Of a stretch of 64,000 bases of DNA, positions 21,901 through 34,255 are shown one piece after another. A model generated the notes under the pieces. It was not told the DNA's origin. It ran no database searches and saw only the letters and a program-made list of their open reading frames with translations. The stretch is from positions 23,622,001 through 23,686,000 of the forward strand of contig CM120642.1 of NCBI GenBank assembly GCA_051362555.1, given 5' to 3'. Numbering within the stretch: position 1 is the stretch's first letter; each line of letters starts with the position of its first letter. Made by a program: the position numbers and the translations under genes. This DNA comes from Lingula anatina. Taxonomy: Eukaryota; Animalia; Brachiopoda.

Positions 21901-24575
21901 GTAGGTAGAGCTATTTGGGCTCCGCCAAATATGTTTTGTATTTTTTTTTTCATACAAGGAGTCATACAATATCACTATTGATCATAATTCATATTTATAT
22001 ATATTTGCATTCCTTTGTACATTTTCATCTATCCATGTAGATGCATACGTTACAATGAATAAAGCATATTTATAACCAAGTACTTGCTGGCTATATCACT
22101 GGGAGTCTCCCTTCTGAACTTAATCTAACATCTGGACACCAGACTTCATGGCTGCACTGGCACACATCAAAGGGTGAGCATTACATCACATTGTCCAATG
22201 GCAGGTCACTACTGGTCCACAAGGATAAGTAACCACAACTTTTACTGTCTTACAATCAGACAGCTTTATAAAACTTAGCAAATAATTTTATTCCATAAGT
22301 CTTGGTTATAAAATCTAGAACTGGACAGCAAAACTTGCACATATACAGACACCTAACATCAAATCAAATCAAAAAAGATATAAACAAACCTTAAAAAACA
22401 ATAACTTTTGTAAAAAATAATCTACTAAAGTCTAAATTTTTGAAGGAGACCTGCCTTACATATAGTAAGCAATTCAGCAAATTTTAGGTAAAACAAAAAT
22501 ATTGTTTAGCTCTTATGGGGCGAATGATGCCAAAATACATGCAAATAAAATCATTAACTTTTTATAAAAATTATCTGACCTAATAAATCATTTTTAAACA
22601 AACAATGCTACTCAGCAAATTCAAAGTTAAAAAAAAAATAGGAAGGACAAAGTGATCAGAATATATACATGCAGACTCATAGTGTCTGCCGTGACCAGAC
22701 AGAGCAGATTGAACTCTAAGAATACAATTAAGTTGTCTGGTACTCACCAACCACACCTCTGTGACCAACCGGCCTTTCTTCACAGTTGAACTCAGAACTG
22801 TGTCCAGCACCCTAGCCTTTTCTCTTTTGTGTTTAAATGTCCGTTTAATCCAGCTTACACATTTGCTCTTAAAACCTAGATTTTCAACACTTTTAAACAA
22901 CCCCTCTGGATCCACAATTTGTATTACAGTCATGATGTTTTTCACTACTCGGCAGAGTCCAAAACCACTAATACCTTGGAAAATGAGCTTTTAGAGGACA
23001 ATTTTTAATATGCAATGCCTATCTTAAACAAAACCAGCATTAAGTTCAAAGCCACTCTCTGTCTTTGAACAAAAATGTCTCCAAAATTTTCATTTTGGAA
23101 TTTACAGTTTTGGTTGATCAGAAAGCAATAGAGAACTATGCTCAATCCAACAGAAAGATGTTATGAACTATAATCTTCTGCTAAATTTGCATAGCTTTTA
23201 TAGATAGGTATTCCAAGGACAAAAACACTTCGCTAGTTTTATTCTGAGGACAAAAAATTTAAGTGAGATGCAAGAGTTCTCAATAAGTTACTGTCCAAGC
23301 TTAATCAACAAAGGGACCATACCAAAATTCAAATAGAAACATATACTACTGATTTATATGCAAGGAAATATATATATTCTACCTTATTCATGGTCTCAAT
23401 TTTTCGTAATAGCGAAACCCCAGATTTAAATTATGTGTGTTTGTACAGAGAAATTAGCAGACCTGAACTTACAAAGAAAAGAAAATGTTTTCAACCATAA
23501 AAACTTTACTTTCAGATCAATGAACTTCAAATCATCAAACTTTCAGACATGTCCAAGATTGAGGCATTAGATGCAATCCAATTTATCACCCAAAACAATA
23601 CCACTAAATAAATAACATAATTATCAAACAGAAAAAAAAATCTTTTGATTTATTTTTACATTTATTTTTAAAGGGAATAAATGAATATTTCACTTATCTG
23701 GGAGAAGGGGGGTAGGTTAAAGACCAAATTACATATTAGGAAGTGACTTAATGTGGTGAGCCTTTCCCTCCTGCGTCATGGCACTTTCATCACTTGTGTT
23801 ACACTGCATGATCAGATAATTTAGTTACCTGGATAGCCCCCTGGATAACGTCCAACTATGAAAAATACTTTATCAACTGAGAGAGGATATTCACACTAAA
23901 TATCTTCATACATTTACATACTTTAAAGAATTGTTTGACTAACTTGTAAAATTAAATAATTAATTGTCACAATGTATGACCCCCCCCCCCCATCTCCCAG
24001 GTTTCTTCCTGCCAAAGTAGTAGATGGAAGAATCACAAAGTGCAATTTGGTAAAATGATTGTAAGAGTAGAAATGCCAATCTGAGTTTCTACTTCAAGGA
24101 GAAAAACAATAGGATTTCTACTGGTCTATTACTCACAGTTTAGATTGTCAGCTTAACAAACTGAAATATCTTCCAAATAAAAATTTATTACAGGAAAAAA
24201 AATTTGGCATTAGTTAAGAAACAGAAATCTTACTAAAATGAATATTTCACTGAGGAAAGTAGTGTCTGGATCCCTGGTCGCCATTCTTGTCACCTTTAGT
24301 TCACCAGCTATCTAAACCATTCTGAATGCATTGTGCAGCTGGACAGAAATGGACAGCATGTCATACATCTCTATAATCTTTCAAGGTGTGGCAAGTACTA
24401 CCATAGAGCACAGGCATTAGAACTTTCGCACTGACTGGCCTCACATAAGAATTGCGGCCAATTTTCTCTTGCACATCTCAAACCTGATGGACCTCTCACT
24501 TTTCAAACCAAAGAGTAGCAATTGCAGATAATTATTGTCATTGTTATAATTTTGCAGATATCAAACATGAGCTTA

Positions 24576-24613
<38 letters not shown>

Positions 24614-27600
24614 CCCCCCACCCACCCCCAAACTTTATTGCAGATCTTGATGAATCTCAGGAACCATTAGAATCGAATTAAAAAATGCAGAATTCTCTGA
24701 AACATACAGTCTACATTACAGATCTTTGTTCCTGCACTTGCTTATTTCTCTCACCTTATCATAAATATATCTATTGACCTTTTTACATAAATAAATATTT
24801 AATTAAGCTCTATTTTACAAATAATATTGCCCTATTTCAATTATTTTTTCAGCTGTTTTCAATTAATTACATGAAAAAACATCTATGACAAGAAATACAA
24901 TCTTAATTAATCTGCCTCACTGGTGAAAAAAAAAAAATCAATCTACCTGCAAAAAGAAGGAAGGGGCCCCTAGTCTCACGTAGTGGGTCATCTGACAATG
25001 TTCTTCCCAAAATTTAATTCTGCAAAGTGAGAGTCCCTACAAATCATTCATTTATTTCTTATCATATCCTCACATAATAGGACCTGTTGGTTACGCTGGT
25101 CAGCCCACATCAAAGATCCTATATCATCCGTCTACATTATACATATGTATATATACATCACATATGGTCTATCAAATAGTACTGAAAACTAAACAAAGAA
25201 GACGATGAAGTTAGGAGCTGACCATAGTAAATCAATCAAACAGGTGCCTCTATGGCCGACTTGAATCACACGCCAGTCAAGCGCCAAGCTTATCTAAATA
25301 TCTAAATCATCACAGAAACTACATGGTGGTATGTGCTCAGTTCTATGGGGTGATCATGAGTGAATCTCCGGAGCTCTCAGATGGCAGAAATTAAAGCAGC
25401 ATGACTGGTAAAGGTTCACTTCAGGTTTGATTATTATCTGGCTCATGTTAGGTGAAAGTGCTGGACCACAGGCTTTCATGTGGCCATGGTGAAGGCCTAC
25501 GTAATTACTAAATGGAATAAAATAGGATTTTAAATCACTGAATTTCACATTCTATATGGGACAACAAGCACTTTTAATCTTACGAGATGCAGACTTCAGC
25601 TTATCATTATGGAAAATTATGATGGGTTCATATTAGAATGTACATCTTTTTTTTTCTAAGTAACTAAAATAGATAAATCTTTTCAAGTAAATAAATAAGA
25701 CATTGCAATAAGCAAGATGCTTGAAATCTGTTGGTAAAAAGTTATATTTTTCATTACATACCTTCTTTAGGGGAAAGTAGAGTAATGGTTGGAAACAGAA
25801 AATTTAACCCCATAAAAGTTCAATCTTTATGCACCTAATGTTTGAGAAGGAGAGCACACAAACCTTTTGTCTGACCCTCTTACCCTTTTCTTGTTGGGCC
25901 AGCGAAGTTCTATAGAAAATAAATAATGAGAGATAGGGAGAGGATGAGCACAAAGAAGGGGTCAGATGGTGTGAGACACTTGGGCAAACAATTCAGCAAA
26001 GTGGTCAAAGAGTTCAATCAGTACTATGTCCAACCTGGCACGCTGTGCTTAAAGAGTTGGTTTGGTTAAACAAAGATTTATGCCCATATGATAGTTTACA
26101 CTTTATTTAGCCAATCCTTTTTTAATATAAAATGGTGATTTACATGAATAATGGAGGTCTGGTCATTTTCATGCATTTATATTCGGTTTAAAACATGTGT
26201 ATCACAATATCATTTTCTAGTGATTCACAATGATAGGTATGTATAACGAACTCATAAATGTTTGACCAAACTTACTCTTTACAGATGGTAGAAATACATG
26301 TAAAACTAAACTGATGTGACCCAATAAACTGAATACTCTGATCAATTCCTTCAATCAACTTGAGATAAAGCTTAGGGTAGAGTAAAACTAGTGCACTACT
26401 TAATTTTGAGCATGCCCAACTCTTTTCAGTCTCAGCTAAACACAATGAGAGGAGTCCTACCTACCACAATGAGATCACTCTTCCATATGTCTGTGGTCTG
26501 GTGCTTACCAAATGCTATTACAACAAATGATTTAATTGAAGGGTACTGTGCTATCCTCATTCATGTAATATTATTAGGCCTCAGTATCATGGGAGTTATT
26601 TGAGTGCTTATTTCACATCTTGAGACTGAGCATTAATGAACTCTTAAAAAAAGATAAAATAATATATGTAAAATCAAAGGTCAATTTGCCTTGTGTTGTT
26701 AGACAACAAAACTAACAGAATGCTTTCTACTAATATGAAGATGTATATCAGTGCAATTAATACCTGAACTACTTGCAGCTAAACATGCCCTTTTCACAAC
26801 CGATCTATTTCTGTTTCTCTCTATTTCCTGTGTACCAATGCAATTACCTCTGGTCACTAATCAATATTATAACCAACATAAGTCTGGGTCAAAATACTAA
26901 TACATGGCTCTAAATAGGAACGGGTTAACTACAAATACTTAAAACCCCTTTGATACAGGTGCATAGGCAGCTTGACAGGAGTTGAAGGCATAATTCACAA
27001 AAAAAAATTGAACCTGAATATTGGTCTTAAGTTTATTTTTCAAATCAGGGGTAATTCAATCAAAGTAAACACTGCACCTTTTTTAAACAAGAAAGTTGAG
27101 GCTAAAGTTTCATACCAATACTTTCTTTGTGTTAGTGCACTACTTTGGACTTATATCAAACTGAAGTAGACATTTTTTGTCTAAAAGCTTAGACCAATTT
27201 TTGGTCTGAAATTCCTTTTAGGGAGAGATGAAATTGGCCCCTAGGCTGAGCAATGGATGTTGTGTTCTACATTAATTATCCAGCCCTCCCACATTTTGTG
27301 CCCTTTGTTTAACTTAACCCCGTAACTTAACCCGTTCCCGTTTATAACCCAGTTATGTAATATTTTAATGTTGTGATCCTTCACTTGAATAATAAACCCC
27401 ATGCATCCTTTGAGGACAATTATAACAATATCTTGGCTACAAATTAATATTTGTTCCACATGAAGCAAATATGGTTTAAAATATGCAGTTATTTTGGATT
27501 AATTTAATACATGACAAATTAGTAAATGGGTATTAATTTAAGAAGAGTAATTCTTACATGAACCAGGCCTGTAAACATCTTGTCATACATTCCACAACAC

Positions 27601-30600
27601 AAAACTGCTTATAATACACATATATATAAACATTTAGTATAGAATTTTGTTCATGGCACACTGACTCAAAGGTTTTTTAAACGAACTGCAATTCTCCTGA
27701 GTCATCTAGCAAACAGATGGAAAGTTTAAATTTTCTTTTGGATGTATCAATCAGATTGTTATTGATTATGGTCATCTATGTGCCTTGAACAACAGTGTTT
27801 CTATGATATTCCCCCTGACTATGGTTCTAGATCCTTCAATTCTTAATGACTCACCAAAATGTCAAAAGTAATAACTGAAATTGTAGGTATATCATCATCA
27901 CTATATGATGCCATTTATGTCTGTATAATTTAAATCAATTCAGTAAAAATTTCACAAACAAAAATGTCTACATAGAAAATATATCAGCTTGTTCAGTGTA
28001 CGATTGAGAATTATTTCCATGTCTATTTTGACGTTGCTATACTAGCATAATTCATGTTTAACCTGCTCTCTAACAAAAATGTTGAGGTCCACTGTGACAG
28101 TCACAATCAAATGCCTGACATTCTGAATGGCCCATTCTGTCATTGATGACATGTTCACTAGTAAGCCAAACTTTTAAGAGTTTGAAACATAACTCTTACA
28201 GCATAGTTGTGCCATTAGAATAGGACTCTACTCACCTTGTCGTGCTTCTTTAAAATCTTACGAAATCCTGTAAAATTCAAAGTCTGGTAATTTTGCAACA
28301 AGATGAGACTCAAGTAAAATTCGCTGTAGGCCAGTTTTAAATCGTGAATTTTCCTTGTTGTTTTGGCAGATTTGTCTTGCACAACATGTGCTGGGAGTTT
28401 AAGCAGTCCCTGAAGCTGACCACCTTGTTTTCGTCTCCGCAAATTGGTCTCCTGGCTTGCCATGTGGATCCGTTTGAAAGCCTCCAGCTCAGCCTTAAGA
28501 CTTTCATACTTTCTGACTGCTTCTGCTAGTTTTTCTGAAAACAGAATGCAGTCAATTTGTTTTATGTCTACATGGATAAAATGTGACCATACTATGACCA
28601 AAGGATTAAAGGTATAGTCTTTGATAAATGTAATTAAGTTTTAATGACATTTCAAAAATTGTTAATTATCTAAGTATGTAATGGGACCTGGAAGTATACG
28701 CGCAAATGGAGAATTCTATTTTGAAACAAACCTGCAAAAAATGTGTTGATTTTTTTGAGCTCCTTGTCACATTTCTGTAGGAATTTTTCATCAAATTTGG
28801 CATAATATCTTTCAATGGTTTCTGGGTCGACCTCTGAAAAATAAAACTTTGAGATAAAACGCATCTGAATAACTAGCTGATTGTATAGTACACTACAAAA
28901 CTTTTCTTTTATGACCATCAAAACGTTAAAAAGATGCAAGGAATAGAGTAAGTGAATTGAATTTGGCTCCCTGCTGGCTCATGTTTTCTGAAATTAGCAA
29001 GTCCAGAAGACAAAGCGGCAACATTCTATCCATTTAACACTCTTTGAAGTTTTCAGGCCCTGGCATAACAAAGATGTTTTTATGCCATCAAAAATCCACA
29101 AACAGTAAACTTGTAAATATCATTATGATGAAGATTACTGCAACACTCCAAACATTGTATCTACTTGATATTACCTTCTGCTGATGGCACCCCTTCTACA
29201 CACTCGTAAAGAGCTTCCTTCATGGTCTGAAAAAATACAAATAATTCTTCATAAAAAACAATACTTTGTACTCCACAATACCACATAATTTTTAAAGAAT
29301 AAGCCTTTGCTGTAAGTAATATGCACCCAAAATGAACCCCCAAAACATGAGTTTACTTATTTTCTAAAAGCAACATGATTATACAAAGCAAGATACATTC
29401 TATCTGTACAAGTAGTAAATATCACAAACACAAAAAGAATCTGAACAAACCCATTGAACCAGAATATTGGATACAACTTGTGCATGTGCTAGGTTATATC
29501 ATCTGCGTGATAACTGGAAATGCTATTTAAAAGTCTTTTTTAACTCAATAATTACATCAGTGGTGTATGTATATAAACATGTAATTCAGGATTGTTATGA
29601 ATCAAACAGGGTCTTATGTCTAGGATCCACACGATTTTTTTCAAATTAAGCAGTAGTTTCGAGGCAACATGCAATATGAAAATGGAACGAAACCTCAGAT
29701 GCCCTGAGGACACTTTTTACGGCTGTTTGTGTAAACAAACAACTTGCGCCATCTATCACTGATTGTGCTCCTTACTTATAATACATCTGTCAGTCTGTCT
29801 GTACTTTACTGCCCTGTACAAGTGTTACAGCACACCGTGGCTTTAAATCTTTTAAGTTTAGTGGCAAAATTTTCCTTTTGTGTATTTTTAAGTTAAATAT
29901 CCTTTTGCATGAAAATGAAGGTATCTATATTTTTTAAGACCAAATACTACTAGTACACAAATGACAAAATTCCCTCTGAACAAAAGACCCTTGGAATATA
30001 GATATATGCACCCAACTAAAGATTTCATGCTTACATGACATTAACATTTAATGGGGAAAAAAAGAAAAGACAATAAGACAATCATATTGCAATATTCCAA
30101 CAACTGAGAGAAAAGTTTCATTGGCTCTGTGGATAGTGAAATATTACATTTCTATAGAAAGGAGCACATAATGATATGAAGAATGTTATCTTATCTATTA
30201 AGAGGTTGTATTCTGATCTACCTTTTCAACACAAAAGTCATATCCAATCATATCCAGGTCATGCGTTTTGGTGAAATGTTTTTCTATTGCACAGATCGCC
30301 ATCTTTTTTTCAATAGAAAAGTAATGCACTCACCTGGAAGCCCATGGCCTGAGAGTTAAGGTCTAAAGTTAAGCGTATGAAATTGGGGCAGGTATATTCA
30401 TCGAGTATATGCATGGAGAAAAAAAAATTAAGCTAAGCTAGAAATCACAAAAGCAAGGTAACGCATTTTTACATTTGCTTATGCATATACCAAAAAAGAA
30501 AAAGTGTTACTGTATGTTACATTTCATGAGCACGCTACAATCTGTGCCATAGTTTTCAGCTTAAGCCTCGGTCACAACCGGCCGTACGGGCTCTTACGTC

Positions 30601-31936
30601 CAATTTTTGTGCAGAATCTCACGTCCCACGCAAGACAAACTCAACATTTGAGTACAATTTTCACGGCCATCGTTCCTTGCAATTAGTGCCCCTGCTTGAA
30701 AGGAAATCTCATGTGGCCCTTGCTACTCGCAAGGCAGACTTTCCTTTACCTCTACAACCTCCACGGCCTTCGCAACAACCAAAAATTGCAGGGGACGTGC
30801 GATCCTGAAATTTGTGCGTCCGGTTGTGACCGAGGCTTTATTAGCCATTCACAACCACCAGTTTACCTATAGTAATATATTGATCTGAATTAGGATTCAC
30901 TGGTCCAAACAAAAATTTCATCAAAACTAGAGGTTTTTCTCTGTTGAATTAATCATGTAACTGAGTTACATGAAAAAAATGAAATCAAAAAGAAAGCTCT
31001 TTAGAATATAAATGTATAGAGTTTCTATAGAAAAAATGTAATGGCTAGACTGCTAAAGTGACCTGAAAAATCTACTGGTCCAAACACAATTTTATTGCCA
31101 CAAGGGTAGTACCAGTGGCAAATGTTGCAGACTGACGCTTCAATTATATGTATGTGCAAAATGTTCCTATACTATAAACTGTGCTGATGTGATCATCTCA
31201 TAAAAGGGATAATCTAGATCTCTATAGCTACTTCTCCTCCCATTGTTACTTCTGTGCATCATTACCTGCCAAACAATACTAGAATACTAGTACTATTATC
31301 TGCGTATTGATATGCCCTTGTTCGATGCTCTGTATACGAATCATTTTAATTTACTTTGTAAATATGAATCCAAGCACTGCTGCTATTTTCATTCAGTCCT
31401 TAAATTGCTAATTCATCTCCAGGGACAACTTGCATGGGCTGAGGACACAGTGATGTCTTGATGGATTGATGATATTGTGTAAGTAAATGTAAGACTGCAT
31501 ATTATCAATATCAGTATGGGGCAGGCATGTTGTGTAGATTATGTCATTATTATTATTGCACCTAAGACCACTGCACGTCTGGGGCAGTAGGTTTTGATTG
31601 CCATTGAAATTTGTGATATCATATTCAGATTGTTTCACTTTCATGTACAATACTGTCAATAAAGTCTAAAATATATATATTCCGAGCATATGAAAAAGAG
31701 AACCGTGTATGTGTGATGGCCTTAACAAAAGGAGAAACAATTATTTCAAATGTACAATTTTTTATCAACACTGACGTCTTGTTTTCGTTTTCATTCTCAG
31801 CCTGTGCTAAGGCTAAGGTCCCGCTAAAAATGCTTTCAGAAATCACCGCGATTCTGCGACATATTACCTCGTACTGAATGTCCTGTTTCCGCCATTCTGG
31901 AGTAGTATGGGCAGCTAAGTGTTCCCCAAATTTCAT
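10311..31936 (-). CDS. XPR1: Xenotropic and polytropic retrovirus receptor 1 / SLC53A1 phosphate exporter (SPX + EXS domains), 14 coding exons, about 660 aa
   Basis: Exons 31868-31936, 29175-29226, 28732-28833, 28236-28534, 18627-18728, 18363-18443, 17977-18055, 17262-17446, 16789-16962, 15923-16073, 15328-15528, 14779-14954, 10961-11094 and 10311-10488. All introns GT-AG with consistent phase (1983 nt including TAA). Motifs MKFGEHL...[65 protein letters not shown] and [19 protein letters not shown]. Confidence 0.97.
11351..12190. repeat. 145/146-bp tandem repeat array, about 5.7 copies
   Basis: Same monomer as 6121-8705; unit starts near 11351, 11496, 11642, 11788, 11934 and 12080. Confidence 0.95.
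12435..12725. mobile_element. MITE with TAC...GTA termini and 6-bp TSD (IS3EU-like), nested in HINE copy 2
   Basis: TIR TACGGAAGCCGACTGGTGCCATATGT / ACATATGGCACCAGTCGGCTTCCGTA. TSD CATTTT at 12429-12434 and 12726-12731. Empty site visible in copy 1 (about 8948-8953). Five internal copies of the palindrome TATCTCGAAATTTCGAGATA. Confidence 0.8.
13460..14289 (-). mobile_element. Partial HINE copy 3 (5' portion), truncated inside the nested MITE and fused to copy 2
   Basis: Repeats about 12640-13459, including the right MITE TIR, with an intact GCTGGTGGTACAAT end at 14289. Confidence 0.8.
16584..16766. mobile_element. Degenerate foldback MITE in XPR1 intron 9
   Basis: Imperfect inverted arms ttcagaacag...acagatctgggatcaagtatggccgacc and gggtcgccatatttgatctgcggatctgt...ctctgaa; flanked by CAT on both sides. 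Confidence 0.4.
17626..17671. repeat. (TG)n microsatellite
   Basis: Direct inspection. Confidence 0.95.
18747..20523 (-). mobile_element. HINE/DINE-1-like element copy 4 (diverged subfamily) in XPR1 intron 4
   Basis: Same terminal CTAGAGGATCAGAGAGGCGATACCGCCTCC and GTACCGCCAGCG...CGCTGGTGGTAC ends; about 4 degenerate satellite monomers (19120-19710); cggagccgg minisatellite at 20400-20462. Confidence 0.78.
30564..30837. mobile_element. PIF/Harbinger-type MITE in XPR1 intron 1
   Basis: Perfect 18-bp TIR AGCCTCGGTCACAACCGG / CCGGTTGTGACCGAGGCT; TTA TSD at 30561-30563 and 30838-30840. Confidence 0.85.
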
Positions 31937-32389
31937 TTTCCTCTCCTTTTTAGGTATCTCGACCGTTAAAATCTGTGTGGAAGATATGACATTCTTGCTT
32001 CTCTTGTCTTGCCCAGGCGTCCTGTTCGTAAATAGGTCACATCCCGTCAGGTCAAAGCAGGGTCAGAGGAAAAAACTGAGATAGAAAATTAAAAAAAAAC
32101 TACATCATACTTATAATAACTACTATTTTTAAAATATGTGACTACTTTTTACCATCTGCATTAACAAATATATTTTTTTCTTTGATCAACTGTTGCCCTC
32201 GACATCATTTTCTGCGAGGCTACGGCAAGTACGTGTGACGTCATTGAAACATGTAGATGCAATGGGCGCAGGATAAACAACGGTGGAGATTTTTTTCTAC
32301 AGCCATGTTTGGCTGTCAAGAACTAACTTGATGTATTCATTAAGTGATGAGCCATCGACAGGTTGTGTAGATCACAAAGAAGATAAAAG
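31937..32389. promoter_or_regulatory. Putative bidirectional promoter between XPR1 and the PDZ gene, with CRE and a probable non-coding first exon of the PDZ gene
   Basis: CpG-richer patch; palindromic CRE TGACGTCA at 32236-32243; splice donor AAG|GTGAGG at 32389/32390. The PDZ gene ATG at 36082 lies directly after an acceptor (TCTTCAG|ATG), implying an upstream non-coding exon. Confidence 0.5.
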
Positions 32390-33195
32390 GTGAGGAATCA
32401 AATACTATTTTAAAATTGATTAAAGATTGAAAGTCACTGGGACACTCCTCTCTCTCAGTCAGTGTCTGGAGTCTCCTGTCTCCAAATTCAGGATGTCACC
32501 CCTATAAACTAGTGAGTCACAATTTCAAACTTACCTACCCCCCCCCCAAAAAAAAAAAAAAAAAAAAGAATATGTTGCGAGCAGTTGTCCCCATGCTCCT
32601 AGCCAATATGAGTTCGTAGATTGAATACCACTTGCAGGACAGAAATGGCGAAAATCAACTCGAGACGAAAATAACAATAATAACGAATTTTTTTAACGGA
32701 GTTGATCTCAAAAAACATTATTTGATATTTATTTGCTCAACAGATTCATGTTGGTATGTCTTGGAATGTATGAGAAAATAGACAAAGTTTTATGGATAAT
32801 TCCTTTTTTTTCTTGCTATATAATCATTTGAATCAGTAAGACCAGCTCTAAAGTCTCTTTATGCCTTTTTGTCAACAGCTTTTGAGCTTTATTTAATTAA
32901 TAATAACATATGATTATATTTAAGTCAACATTAAATCTATTAACAACCTTGGAGTAAAATGACCAAAAAATGATTAAAGGGTAAAAATGATTTTATAAAA
33001 AAGGGGTATACATTTTAAAATAAATGGGGCTATATAGTTGTTCCCATGATTTCTGATGTTCATCAATCTGTGTCGTAATTGAAAATGCTTCGTGTCTGAC
33101 TCGTTGTGACAGTTCCTGCACCATTTTGTCTGGTTGGTTCTTATGTTGGGATAACCCTCTCCAAAACACACACAAACACATACATGTGCACGGAT

Positions 33196-33198
<3 letters not shown>

Positions 33199-33251
<53 letters not shown>
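33199..33251. repeat. (CA)n microsatellite
   Basis: Direct inspection. Confidence 0.95.
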
Positions 33252-33253
<2 letters not shown>

Positions 33254-33995
33254 CAATTCTTTGGCTTTCAATATTTTTATAAATTCATTTATGTGGTGAC
33301 TTTTATCAAGGTCTCTGCTAATCAATTGAATTAATAAGGCAATGTAATTACTTATTTTTTTCATCTTTTTCCAAGAAAGTTTTGAACTGTTTTACCAATG
33401 AGGCAAGAAGAAAAGGAAAATGACAAGTGGTTAACACTAGAATTTTGACAATTCATGAAACATTGAAAGCATTAATTATTTAATGTACTTACAAGTATTG
33501 CAATTCAGAATGAATAATACAATTTTTACAATAAATTGTATTTATCTTCCACATTTTTGAAAATCTGTCTACTAAAGTTGAGTGATTGTGTGTAAAAATT
33601 TATATCAGACAGTGATAAGGACTTAACCACAAAGATATTGAGTTAATCCCCTCATTGAATTCTGATCTAGTATCCAGAATGCGAGTTGTTGAGCTGATAT
33701 GGTTTTCTTGTTCTGACTGTGAAGTAGCAGTGGATGTGTTTGCTTTGGTAAGCTTATATCAATAGTCTTCAACAGTGCACCCGTAGGTATCAAGTATGTT
33801 GAACAGTGTGAGAAAGAGCCAGAGTTGCAGAGAGGAGAGTCACTTTCAGCACTCTGAAATTAAGGGTGCTTCTATGACAGTCACATGCAATGAAATTTCT
33901 AAGGAATAGATACACAACGAGTAGGGGCAGTGTATATGATATAACATTGCCAAGCATACTCCTTGCTGTCAAGTATTGTGTGTATGCCTGACTTA

Positions 33996-34255
33996 GGCTT
34001 CGTTCACATGGAAAGTCTATTTTCTAAAAATCTATTTTCTATTCGCGGTATCTTATGATCACGCTCTGTGCCCTGAAATTTCTCGCGGCGTAATTACTGG
34101 CAGCGCGAGCCAGTTATTTATAGTAACTTACAGTAACTGGCTCGCGCTGCCAGTAATTACGCCGCGGGACATTCAGGGCACAGACCGTGATCACAAGATA
34201 TACCGCGAATAGAAAGTAGATTTTTAGAAAATAGACTTTCCATGTGAACGAAGCC
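33996..34255. mobile_element. Palindromic (foldback) PIF/Harbinger-type MITE
   Basis: Inverted arms of about 120 bp starting GGCTTCGTTCACATGGAAAGTCTAT, with a short central spacer; TTA TSD at 33993-33995 and 34256-34258. Confidence 0.88.

Noticed and set aside
25884-25909. Possible micro-exon in XPR1 intron 4 (TAG|26 nt|GTAAGA)
   Set aside because: 26 nt would shift the frame, and there is no supporting evidence.
26905-27350. Inverted TTAACCCGTTCC pair suggesting a piggyBac-type MITE
   Set aside because: The two ends face outward, so they cannot bound one element; partner ends were not identified.
32974-33364. ORFs with CVCVCV runs
   Set aside because: Translation of a (CA)n microsatellite.
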